Shown: positions 6,904-14,492 of the stretch, in pieces
Layout of the letters: each line of letters opens with the position of its first letter
Numbering within the stretch: the first letter of the stretch is position 1
Source: Myxococcota bacterium
GTDB taxonomy: Bacteria > Myxococcota > UBA4151
DNA: 21,658 nucleotides
Direction: 5' to 3'
Assembly: GCA_040260805.1 (NCBI GenBank)
Contig: JBDQPD010000057.1
Span: forward strand, 1-21,658
Made by a program: the position numbers and the translations under genes
The notes under the pieces: generated by a model
Told to the model about the DNA's origin: nothing
Databases searched by the model: none
What the model saw: the letters and a program-made list of their open reading frames with translations, nothing else

Positions 6904-8523
6904 TTGGCGGCGACTTTCGTGCTGTGCCTCGTGGTCATGGCGCCGGTACTCGCCACGCCTGTGCCGATCCAACCCAATCGGGCGCCAGCCCCAGCGTTTA
7001 CCGAAGACCTGCTCGCACAAGCGAATCAGAGCGTGAGTTCAGACCTCGGCGATGCCTCGAGCAATCTCGCCACGACCCCAACGGTGGCCGGAAAGTCAGC
7101 GGGTCAGGCGATCATCGAAGCGCTTGAGAGCCCCATTTTGCGAAACACCAAAGTGGGCATGGTGGCGGTGGACCTGAATCGAGGTCGAACGATCTTTGCT
7201 TATCGACCTAATGCGCTTCTAAATCCTGCTTCGGTGGTCAAATTGTTTACTGGCGCCGCTGCGCTTCATTACCTCAAACCCGAATATCGATTTAAATCGA
7301 CGGTTTGGTTCAAGCCGGAACAACTTTCTGGTGGCGTGCTCAGCGGTAATTTGCACATTCGCGGCGGCGGCGACCCGACGTTGGTGACCGAGCGTTTATG
7401 GTTGTGGGTTACCGAGTTGCATCACCTTGGTCTGCGTGAAGTTAAGGGTAACTTGGTCATTGATGAGAGCTTCTTTGACGCCGAGCGGATAGGCCCTGGG
7501 TTCGATATGGAGAACACCGATTTTGCCTACATGGCTCCGGTGGGAGCGATGTCAGTAAACTTCAACGCGGTGGGTGTTCATATCCGACCGGGTGAAAAGA
7601 CAGGCGACTCGGCGGTGGTCTCGGTCGAACCTGATACGCCCTATGTCCAGCTCGATGCCAAGGTCGCCACGCGCCGAGGTTTAGGCCAGTATCTTATGGT
7701 TGGCTCGAAAGCCGAGCAAAAGGTGCAGCGTCAGCTACTGCGCGCAAGAGGTTGGATCGGCGAGAAGCAAAACCCGAAGGTCATCTGGCGTAAAGTGGAT
7801 AACCCTCCGCTGTATGCAGGCTATACGCTGCGCGACATGCTGATCAGGCGCGGGATTAAGGTCGGCGGAACCGTCCGAGTCGGCAAGGTGCCCGAGGGAG
7901 CCGAGCTGTTCCACACCTTCGTGTCCCGCAGATTATCGGAGATCCTCGATGATCTGAACAAATACTCGAACAATCTCGTCGCTGAGATGATCCTTAAGAG
8001 TCTCGGAGCGGTGGTGTTTAATGAGCCCGGGTCGTGGGCCAACGGCGTTGAGGCCGTTCAGCGCTTCTTGAAAGAGGAGCTCGGCGTCGCACCTGATCAG
8101 TATCTGATGCGCAACGGGTCAGGGCTTAATGACACCAATCGCTTCTCGGCAGCCTTAGTGGTTCGACTGTTGGACTACATCTATCGAACCCGTGAGATCG
8201 CTTATGAGTTGATCCCTAGCTTGGGTGTTTCTGGGGCAACGGGTACGGTACGAAAGCGCCTGACCGGTAAAACCGTGCATCATAAAGTCCGAGCTAAAAC
8301 GGGAACCCTGACGGGCGTGACGGCGCTGAGCGGCTACGTGATGAGCCGAGATCGAGTGGTGGTTGCGTTTACTGTCTTAGTCAACGGCTTAACGGTCTCG
8401 CCCCGGCGTGCGAACAAGGCCGTCGATAAGATCATTGAGGCGCTCTCAAGCCTGCCCTTACACGGCGGTCCAACGACCTGGGAGCCGCCGTCAAAGCTGG
8501 CGAAGAAAAAGCCGAAACCCTGA
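6904..8523 (+). CDS. dacB: D-alanyl-D-alanine carboxypeptidase/endopeptidase (PBP4, peptidase S13)
   Basis: SxxK (PASVVK), GGGDPTL, SxN (KYSNN), NGSGL and KTG (RAKTGTL) motifs. Start uncertain; TTG 6904 gives the signal peptide MAATFVLCLVVMAPVLA and avoids overlap with the divergent gene. Confidence 0.92.
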   Translation: MAATFVLCLVVMAPVLATPVPIQPNRAPAPAFTEDLLAQANQSVSSDLGDASSNLATTPTVAGKSAGQAIIEALESPILRNTKVGMVAVDLNRGRTIFAYRPNALLNPASVVKLFTGAAALHYLKPEYRFKSTVWFKPEQLSGGVLSGNLHIRGGGDPTLVTERLWLWVTELHHLGLREVKGNLVIDESFFDAERIGPGFDMENTDFAYMAPVGAMSVNFNAVGVHIRPGEKTGDSAVVSVEPDTPYVQLDAKVATRRGLGQYLMVGSKAEQKVQRQLLRARGWIGEKQNPKVIWRKVDNPPLYAGYTLRDMLIRRGIKVGGTVRVGKVPEGAELFHTFVSRRLSEILDDLNKYSNNLVAEMILKSLGAVVFNEPGSWANGVEAVQRFLKEELGVAPDQYLMRNGSGLNDTNRFSAALVVRLLDYIYRTREIAYELIPSLGVSGATGTVRKRLTGKTVHHKVRAKTGTLTGVTALSGYVMSRDRVVVAFTVLVNGLTVSPRRANKAVDKIIEALSSLPLHGGPTTWEPPSKLAKKKPKP

Positions 8524-8804
8524 GCCGAGGCTCATCATAAAGCACTTCGTTTCGACGCTTAAGTCGGCCAGCTAGGCCGTTGATACAGGCTATTGGGCTC
8601 ACCGCCGAGAAGGCATGCTCGTGAAGAGTACACTGCCCTTTTAAGCGCCGCCATCCGTGTCGATTCAACCGTTCTCGCTGAGCGTGTCATACGGTGCATC
8701 TATACTTTTGCCATGGAAGGTAGTGGTCCGGCGCGCTCAAACTCGCTATGGAGGCCGCCTAATCTGCGTAAAACGGCGTGTTGCAGCGCGCCGAGAGGAA
8801 CATC

Positions 8805-9491
8805 ATGGCAGGCGTAAACAAAGTAATTTTGATTGGAAACCTTGGACAAGACCCCGAGGTTCGAATGACCAACTCTGGCACTCCGGTTTGCGAACTTCGA
8901 TTGGCATGTACTGACCGACGACGGACTCAAGATGGACAGTGGGAAGAGCAGACCGAATGGGTGACCGTCGTGACCTTCGGTCGGACAGCTGAAAATGCGG
9001 GTAAGTTCTTAGCCAAGGGGCGCTCGGTATACATCGAAGGACGTATGCAGACCCGGAGCTGGGACGATCAGGACGGCAAGAAACGCTACAAGACTGAGGT
9101 CGTCGCTCAAACGGTCCAGTTCCTTGGCGGTCGTGGCGAGAGTGACTCTTACAGCAGCAAGACGCCCTCGAGTGGTTATGGCGGCGGTCAGCAAGGCGGT
9201 GGTCAGCAAGGCGGCGGCTACGGTGGCGGTCAGCAAGGCGGCGGCTACGGCGGCGGTCAACAAGGCGGCGGCTACGGCGGCGGCCAGCAAAGCGGCGGAC
9301 AACAAGCTGGCGGCTATGGCGGTCAGGGCGACGGCTACGGTTCAGGGTATGCGAGCCAGGCGCCTCAGCCCTCGGCGGCTCCTGCTCCGGCAGCGCCTGC
9401 GCCCGTTGCGGCTCCTGCGCCGCAACAGCCAAATCAAAACTCCGCCTTTAGTTTTAGCGGCGAAGACGGCGACGACTCGGTCCCGTTCTAA
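8805..9491 (+). CDS. ssb: Single-stranded DNA-binding protein
   Basis: MAGVNKVILIGNLGQDPE OB-fold start, KGRSVYIEGRMQTRSW and acidic tip DDSVPF. SD AGAGGA at 8794-8799 supports ATG 8805. Confidence 0.98.
   Translation: MAGVNKVILIGNLGQDPEVRMTNSGTPVCELRLACTDRRRTQDGQWEEQTEWVTVVTFGRTAENAGKFLAKGRSVYIEGRMQTRSWDDQDGKKRYKTEVVAQTVQFLGGRGESDSYSSKTPSSGYGGGQQGGGQQGGGYGGGQQGGGYGGGQQGGGYGGGQQSGGQQAGGYGGQGDGYGSGYASQAPQPSAAPAPAAPAPVAAPAPQQPNQNSAFSFSGEDGDDSVPF
9171..9350 (+). repeat. Gly/Gln/Tyr low-complexity repeats in the SSB linker, including three tandem 27-bp units (GGGQQGGGY, 9195-9275)
   Basis: Directly visible ggcggcggtcagcaaggcggcggctac-type units. Confidence 0.9.
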
Positions 9492-10114
9492 GCCTCTAGG
9501 TTAAGCCACGATCGTCGGTGCACGCCGCCGTCAAAGAGCGCCGAACTAAACCCTGCGCGTGCGATCACCACATGATCGATTAGCTCTAGGTCTAGGGGAG
9601 CGCACTGCGCTTTGATCTGAAGCGTAACTGAGCGATCCTTGGCGCTCGGTGTGGGGTCACCGCTTGGGTGGTTGTGCGCCAGGATAAACCGATGTGATTT
9701 TTGAGCCAGCAAATGGCTGACCAATGCTCTGAGCGGAACAGGGCATCGATCGACTGAACCTGAACTCAATCGATGATGGTGCAAAGCTCTGCCGCTGCCA
9801 TCAAGAGGGATGAGTACCATCTGCTCGGTCGCTGCAAACGCAAGCTCTGCAGCCAGTAAGCGGTCGACCGTTTCAGCGCATTTGATGATCGGCGTATTTG
9901 GCGGACCAAAGAGCGCCGAAACGAGCTCGCTTAGCGCGTCGAGCTTCGGCGATTGATGCCGGTTCAGGGAACAAAAATTGGCCAGGCCAGACACACTTAA
10001 GCCGTCTGGCCACGCCTGATCTGGGAGCAGTTGAAAAAGAATCTGCTCAAGGCTTGTCTGCGGGCCTTGAGCAAGGTCGTCTGGCTTGTCTAAAAGAGGG
10101 GGTGGCGAGGTCAT
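9488..10114 (-). CDS. radC: RadC-like JAB/MPN domain protein (UPF0758)
   Basis: E (ATEQMVLI), GSVDRCPV, HNHPSGDPTPSAKD and LIDHVVI motifs. ATG 10114 is preceded by GGAG (10121-10124, minus strand). The N-terminal half is divergent from canonical RadC. Confidence 0.88.
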   Translation of the reverse strand: MTSPPPLLDKPDDLAQGPQTSLEQILFQLLPDQAWPDGLSVSGLANFCSLNRHQSPKLDALSELVSALFGPPNTPIIKCAETVDRLLAAELAFAATEQMVLIPLDGSGRALHHHRLSSGSVDRCPVPLRALVSHLLAQKSHRFILAHNHPSGDPTPSAKDRSVTLQIKAQCAPLDLELIDHVVIARAGFSSALFDGGVHRRSWLNLEA

Positions 10115-10126
10115 CAAGAACTCCAA

Positions 10127-10142
10127 TGCGAATCGATTCGCA
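10127..10142. promoter_or_regulatory. Perfect 16-bp palindrome TGCGAATCGATTCGCA in the radC/dnaB divergent intergenic region; candidate operator
   Basis: The palindrome is read directly from the sequence and lies just upstream of the radC SD. A regulatory role is inference. Confidence 0.4.
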
Positions 10143-10221
10143 AGGCGGGTGCCAGATGACTTTTCATGGAATTACAAAGCACTAAGCCGGCGCATCTGCG
10201 CGATGACAAGAAAGACGACGC

Positions 10222-11658
10222 ATGGAATCTGGGCAGCAACCGATTGATCTCGAAGCCGAGCGCACCTTCTTGGGTGGATTGATGCTCGCGACCGAGCTCA
10301 ATGAAGATCATCTACGCAGTGTGCAGCCCGAGGATTTTTTCGATCGTCGTCATCGCTTAATTTATGAGTCCATCTGCGAAGAGTCTGAGGGTGGAGGCGG
10401 TGATGCGCCGAGTTTGGTGATTATTGATCGATTGCGCGCCCAGGGTGCTTTGACCACAGCAGGCGGCGCCGAATATATTGAGGAAATTGTCGCCGCGCAG
10501 ATGATTCCCAAGGCGTCAGTCCAACGCGCAGGGCGGATTGTTTCTGAGCAGTCTCAACTGCGCCAGTTGATCCAGGCTGCGCAGGAGATCATCCAGGCTG
10601 CGCAAGAAAAAGAAGTTGAGATTGCGGACAAGCTCGACGCCGCTGAGAACCGAATTCTTCAGATCCGTAATCAGCGAGAAACGGGTGAAGGAATGGTCGA
10701 TATGGTGCAGGTCATGCGCGATATCACCTCGAAGATGACCGATGGCACCTGGGGTGCTGAGCGCGGCTTACGCACAGGCTTTGAGCGACTGGATCGCTAT
10801 CTGGGTGGCTTTCAGCCGGGACACTTTGTGGTTCTAGGCGCTCGTCCAGGGATGGGTAAAACCTCGCTAGCGCTGACCTTTGCTGCGAACGTAGCGCGCC
10901 TCAACGATTGCGCTGTGGGCGTCTTTAGTTTGGAGATGCCCTCCACCGAACTCGTCGAGCGTTTGCTGGCGAGTACAGCCAAAGTTAACATGCTCGAGGT
11001 GAAACGTAACCCACCGAGCTTTGACTCTGACCCCGAGCGATTTTTCAAAGTGATGGAGCGCATGGGCGATGCCGTCGCTGCGATGGATAACACCGTGATT
11101 CAGGTCGACGATACACCGGGGCTGTCCTTGGCTGATGTGCGTCATCGAACGCGCCGTTTAGCCAGTCAAGTCAGCCGCTTAGACGGCGACAAGAAGCTCG
11201 GTGTTATCGTGATTGATTACCTCCAGCTGATGCGCGGCAGCGCGACCTCACGCACTCGCAGCCGTGAGCAAGAAGTCGCTGAGATCTCAAAGGGGCTAAA
11301 GGGACTGGCGAAGGAGCTTGGAATTACTGTGATCGCTTTGAGTCAGCTGCGTCGCCAGGTGGAGCAAGAGGGCGCTGTCGGTGAAGATGGTAAAGCCAAG
11401 GGCGATCGAGAGCCGCGCCTGTCGGATCTGCGCGAATCGGGCGCTATTGAGCAGGATGCTGATTCGGTCTTGGTGCTGCATAAGCCGGCGGCGGGTGACG
11501 ATGAAGAGCAAAGCGTAGAGGATGCCAGCACGGTCAAGCTCTTGGTCTTGAAGAACCGGCACGGCGACCGCGGCGCCGTGATGCTCGATTTCAGGGCACA
11601 ATTTACCTTGTTTACGCCTCAGGCGGTGCGCCAAGATAGCGCGCCGATGGTGCATTGA
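10222..11658 (+). CDS. dnaB: Replicative DNA helicase
   Basis: EAE..FLG, PEDFF..RH..IY, Walker A GARPGMGKT, FSLEM, IVIDYLQLM, ALSQL.R, LSDLRESGAIEQDAD and KNRHG. No intein. Confidence 0.98.
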   Translation: MESGQQPIDLEAERTFLGGLMLATELNEDHLRSVQPEDFFDRRHRLIYESICEESEGGGGDAPSLVIIDRLRAQGALTTAGGAEYIEEIVAAQMIPKASVQRAGRIVSEQSQLRQLIQAAQEIIQAAQEKEVEIADKLDAAENRILQIRNQRETGEGMVDMVQVMRDITSKMTDGTWGAERGLRTGFERLDRYLGGFQPGHFVVLGARPGMGKTSLALTFAANVARLNDCAVGVFSLEMPSTELVERLLASTAKVNMLEVKRNPPSFDSDPERFFKVMERMGDAVAAMDNTVIQVDDTPGLSLADVRHRTRRLASQVSRLDGDKKLGVIVIDYLQLMRGSATSRTRSREQEVAEISKGLKGLAKELGITVIALSQLRRQVEQEGAVGEDGKAKGDREPRLSDLRESGAIEQDADSVLVLHKPAAGDDEEQSVEDASTVKLLVLKNRHGDRGAVMLDFRAQFTLFTPQAVRQDSAPMVH

Positions 11659-11846
11659 TGCTGACCTGCGCGATCTGTTCAAAGCCCTACGATAAAGAAT
11701 CGAAACATCGCCCTTTTTGCTCGAAGCGCTGCCAGGCAGTAGACCTCGGGAGATGGTTTGGTGGTGGTTACCGCATTGCCAGCGATGAACCACCCGATGA
11801 GGTTGAGCTTGAGATAGCACGTAGGGACCGCGGCGATGACCAGTGA
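11658..11846 (+). CDS. yacG: DNA gyrase inhibitor YacG
   Basis: CAIC...RPFCSKRCQAVDLGRWF.G.YRI zinc-finger signature. The ATG overlaps the dnaB stop (TGATG). Confidence 0.93.
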   Translation: MLTCAICSKPYDKESKHRPFCSKRCQAVDLGRWFGGGYRIASDEPPDEVELEIARRDRGDDQ

Positions 11847-12249
11847 GTTGACTGACTTTGAGCGCTGTGATCGGCGCTTGATTATGTACCCGGACTTGAA
11901 CGCTCAAGGGCGCTTGTTCGGCGGTCGTTTATTGGAATGGGTGGACACAGCGGTTGCGGGTTATGTGATCGATTTGACCGACACCAAAGACGTGGTGACG
12001 GTTAAATTTGGTGAGGTGGTCTTTGAGGCACCAGGCCAACTCAATGATGTGGTCGAGATTTGGTGCCGACTAGACCGGCTGGGCCGGTCATCGATTACCA
12101 TCTCTGTCCAGGTCTTGGTGAACCCCACAGCGGGGCGCCCGCGTCATCGGATTTGTCGCTGCGAGGTGACCTTCGTACAGACCGATGGAAGCAATCGCTC
12201 GTTAGCGTGGGCTGATTCCGTTCATGAGCGTCTCAAGGCTAGGCAATGA
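11836..12249 (+). CDS. Acyl-CoA thioesterase, hotdog fold (YciA-like)
   Basis: PDLNAQGRLFGGRLLEWVD, VVTV...V.F.AP, GRSSITI and VTFV motifs. Confidence 0.88.
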   Translation: MTSELTDFERCDRRLIMYPDLNAQGRLFGGRLLEWVDTAVAGYVIDLTDTKDVVTVKFGEVVFEAPGQLNDVVEIWCRLDRLGRSSITISVQVLVNPTAGRPRHRICRCEVTFVQTDGSNRSLAWADSVHERLKARQ

Positions 12250-12632
12250 ATCAAGAACAACTGCAGCAGGCGCTTGAAGATGCCCTGAGTCGGGGTAAAG
12301 TGTATATTCACATCAACCCGCGCTTAGAAGGTGTCGAGTTACCCGAGCATTTGATGGACCGGCAAAGCGTCCCCTTGGTGATCGCTTGGCAGGCGCCTGG
12401 AATTGATTTGGTTTTGGGTAAGGAACGGGTTGAAGCGACGCTGCGATTTGGCGGCGAGCCCTTCCGCTGCTGTGTCCCTTGGGTCGCTCTTCTAGCGATC
12501 GTCGCCGATCACGCGGGTGCACCAGTCCAAGAGCCAGCCCGAGAGCCAGAACTGGAGGTCCTACAGGGCCGCAGCGAAGCAAAAACGGACTCAGCGCGTA
12601 CTCGTCCTACGCTAAAACTTATAAAGAACTGA
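12246..12632 (+). CDS. SspB-like ClpXP adaptor (stringent starvation protein B family)
   Basis: GVELPEHL, ATLRFGGEPFRCCVPW.A..AI and C-terminal RPTLKLIK, which resembles the SspB ClpX-binding tail (RPALRVVK). Confidence 0.78.
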   Translation: MNQEQLQQALEDALSRGKVYIHINPRLEGVELPEHLMDRQSVPLVIAWQAPGIDLVLGKERVEATLRFGGEPFRCCVPWVALLAIVADHAGAPVQEPAREPELEVLQGRSEAKTDSARTRPTLKLIKN

Positions 12633-12663
12633 AAAATCTGGCTATTTGCAGTTGCTCTGCATT

Positions 12664-12693
12664 TTGACAGTCAGGTCTCGCGAGCGCTAAGAT
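12664..12693 (+). promoter_or_regulatory. Sigma70-type promoter upstream of pilB
   Basis: TTGACA (12664-12669), 18-nt spacer, TAAGAT (12688-12693), ending about 60 nt before the pilB ATG. Confidence 0.7.
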
Positions 12694-12752
12694 GTCACGA
12701 CGCTTGTCGTGCCAGCCCCTATGGGGCCTCTACTCTTAGGTGAAGGTAGCTT

Positions 12753-14489
12753 ATGAACCAACGTCTTGGCGAACTGCTCGTTCGTGAAAACCTAATCAAC
12801 ATCGCCCAGCTGCAGGAAGCCGAAGGCCACCAGCGTGGGTCAGGCGAGCGTTTAGGTTATGCGCTGACCAAGCTCGGTTATATTGAAGCGAGCGACCTGA
12901 CCCAGTTCTTGTCGCAACAATACGGTGTTCCGAGTATTGATTTGGAGGCTTGGGAGATTGAGCCTGCGGTCTTCAACCTGATCAGCAAAGAAAATGCGCT
13001 GCGTCACCTCGTGATTCCGGTCAACCGGACCGGAAGCGGTCTCGTGGTGGCAATGGCCGACCCAACCGACCTTGATGCGCTCGAGGATCTCAAGTTCATC
13101 ACGCGTCTTCAGATCATTCCAGGGGTCGCCTCTGAGCAGCAGATTCTCGACAATATCGACAGCTATTACGGCGGACAGTCCTCAGGTGAGCAGCAAGAGC
13201 AGCTGCCTGGCTACGATATGGACGAAGTGCTTGAAGAGTTCGGCGACGTCGATTTCGACAAGCAAGAAGAATCGGGGGGCATGGACCTCGGCGCTGACGC
13301 CGAAGAAGCGCCGATCATCAAGCTGGTGAACATGGTCTTGCTCGAAGCGATCAAGCGCAACGCCTCCGATATTCATGTCGAGCCTTATGAGAAGGACTTT
13401 CGTGTCCGCTATCGAATTGACGGCGTTTTGTACGAGCAGATGCGCTTGCCTTTGAAACTCAAAGTTCCAGTGACTAGTCGTATCAAGATTATTTCGAATC
13501 TCGATATTGCTGAGCGCCGGCTGCCGCAAGATGGCCGCATCAAGCTCAAGCTGGGTCGGGGCCGTGAGATGGATTATCGTGTCTCGGTCTGCCCAACGCT
13601 TTTTGGTGAAAAGACCGTTCTTCGATTGCTCGATAAGTCCAACCTGCAGCTTGACATGACCAAGCTGGGGTTTGAGGCAGCGCCGCTTGAGGTGTTTAAG
13701 CGTAACATCCACAGACCCTTCGGTATGTGTTTGGTGACCGGACCCACGGGGTCGGGAAAAACGACCACTTTGTATTCGGCTTTATCCGAGCTCAACACGC
13801 CCCAGGTGAACCTGAGCACGGCTGAGGATCCAGTCGAGTTCAACTTGCCCGGCATTAATCAGGTGCAGCAGCACGAAGACATCGGGCTCAACTTCGCAGC
13901 GACGCTGCGCTCGTTCTTGCGTCAGGATCCCGACATCATCATGGTCGGTGAGATTCGTGACTTCGAGACGGGTGAAATTGCCATTAAAGCGGCGCTTACT
14001 GGACATATGGTGCTCTCGACTTTGCACACCAATGACGCGCCTTCGACGGTGACTCGTTTGGTCAATATGGGGATCGAGCCCTTTCTTGTGACCGCTTCGC
14101 TTAATCTCGTGGTCGCTCAGCGTCTGGCGCGACGAGTCTGCTCTGAATGCGCAGCGCCGATTGAGGTGACAGCGGAAGAGCTGATCGATCTGGGCATGAG
14201 CAAAGAAGAGGTCAAAGAGGGTTTAGAGAACGAGACCTATGTCTTTCAAAAGGGAACCGGCTGTAAGCGCTGCAATGACACGGGTTATAAGGGGCGTGTG
14301 GCGCTTTACGAGGTTCTTGAGCTCAACGATGCGATCCGCGACTTGGTGCTGCAGGGCGCGTCGACCGCCGAGCTTAAAGAGGCTGCCATTCAATCGGGTA
14401 TGGATACGATTCGCCGAGCCGGCCTGAACAAATTGGTTGAGGGCGTGACCACCATTGAAGAGGTGTTGCGTGTCTCGAGCGCGGACTGA
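12753..14489 (+). CDS. pilB: Type IVa pilus extension ATPase PilB
   Basis: N-terminal RLG repeats (MshEN-like), ASDIHVEP, RLPQDGR, Walker A GPTGSGKTT, AEDPVE, LRQDPD..MVGEIRD, His box and tetracysteine CSEC/CKRC. Confidence 0.97.
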   Translation: MNQRLGELLVRENLINIAQLQEAEGHQRGSGERLGYALTKLGYIEASDLTQFLSQQYGVPSIDLEAWEIEPAVFNLISKENALRHLVIPVNRTGSGLVVAMADPTDLDALEDLKFITRLQIIPGVASEQQILDNIDSYYGGQSSGEQQEQLPGYDMDEVLEEFGDVDFDKQEESGGMDLGADAEEAPIIKLVNMVLLEAIKRNASDIHVEPYEKDFRVRYRIDGVLYEQMRLPLKLKVPVTSRIKIISNLDIAERRLPQDGRIKLKLGRGREMDYRVSVCPTLFGEKTVLRLLDKSNLQLDMTKLGFEAAPLEVFKRNIHRPFGMCLVTGPTGSGKTTTLYSALSELNTPQVNLSTAEDPVEFNLPGINQVQQHEDIGLNFAATLRSFLRQDPDIIMVGEIRDFETGEIAIKAALTGHMVLSTLHTNDAPSTVTRLVNMGIEPFLVTASLNLVVAQRLARRVCSECAAPIEVTAEELIDLGMSKEEVKEGLENETYVFQKGTGCKRCNDTGYKGRVALYEVLELNDAIRDLVLQGASTAELKEAAIQSGMDTIRRAGLNKLVEGVTTIEEVLRVSSAD

Positions 14490-14492
14490 CCC

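Noticed and set aside
6829..6977. Apparent head-to-head overlap of the SBP and dacB ORFs
   Set aside because: Artefact of longest-ORF start choice. Starts at 6845 (-) and about 6904 (+) give proper signal peptides and no overlap.
8521..8580. Short dyads after dacB (TGAGCC-GA-GGCTCA; CGGCC-AGCTA-GGCCG) as a terminator
   Set aside because: Stems are only 5-6 bp with no following U-tract; not supportable as intrinsic terminators.
8432..8930. Small ORFs in the dacB-ssb gap (8593-8817, 8657-8914, 8432-8668, 8700-8930)
   Set aside because: No recognisable motifs or good SD, and they overlap real genes; most likely spurious.
8803..9504. Ala-rich and Arg-rich ORFs overlapping ssb
   Set aside because: Off-frame and antisense readings of the Gly/Gln repeat.
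9488..10114. radC as a marker of an ICE or prophage
   Set aside because: No integrase, transposase, att-like repeats or obvious compositional shift; the flanks are core genes.
10222..11658. Intein or large insertion in DnaB
   Set aside because: Length (478 aa) is normal; only short loop insertions such as GAVGEDGKAKG are present, with no intein motifs.
12638..12656. Sigma54-like TGGC...TTGC upstream of pilB
   Set aside because: GG-to-GC spacing is 6 or 12 nt, not the required 10.
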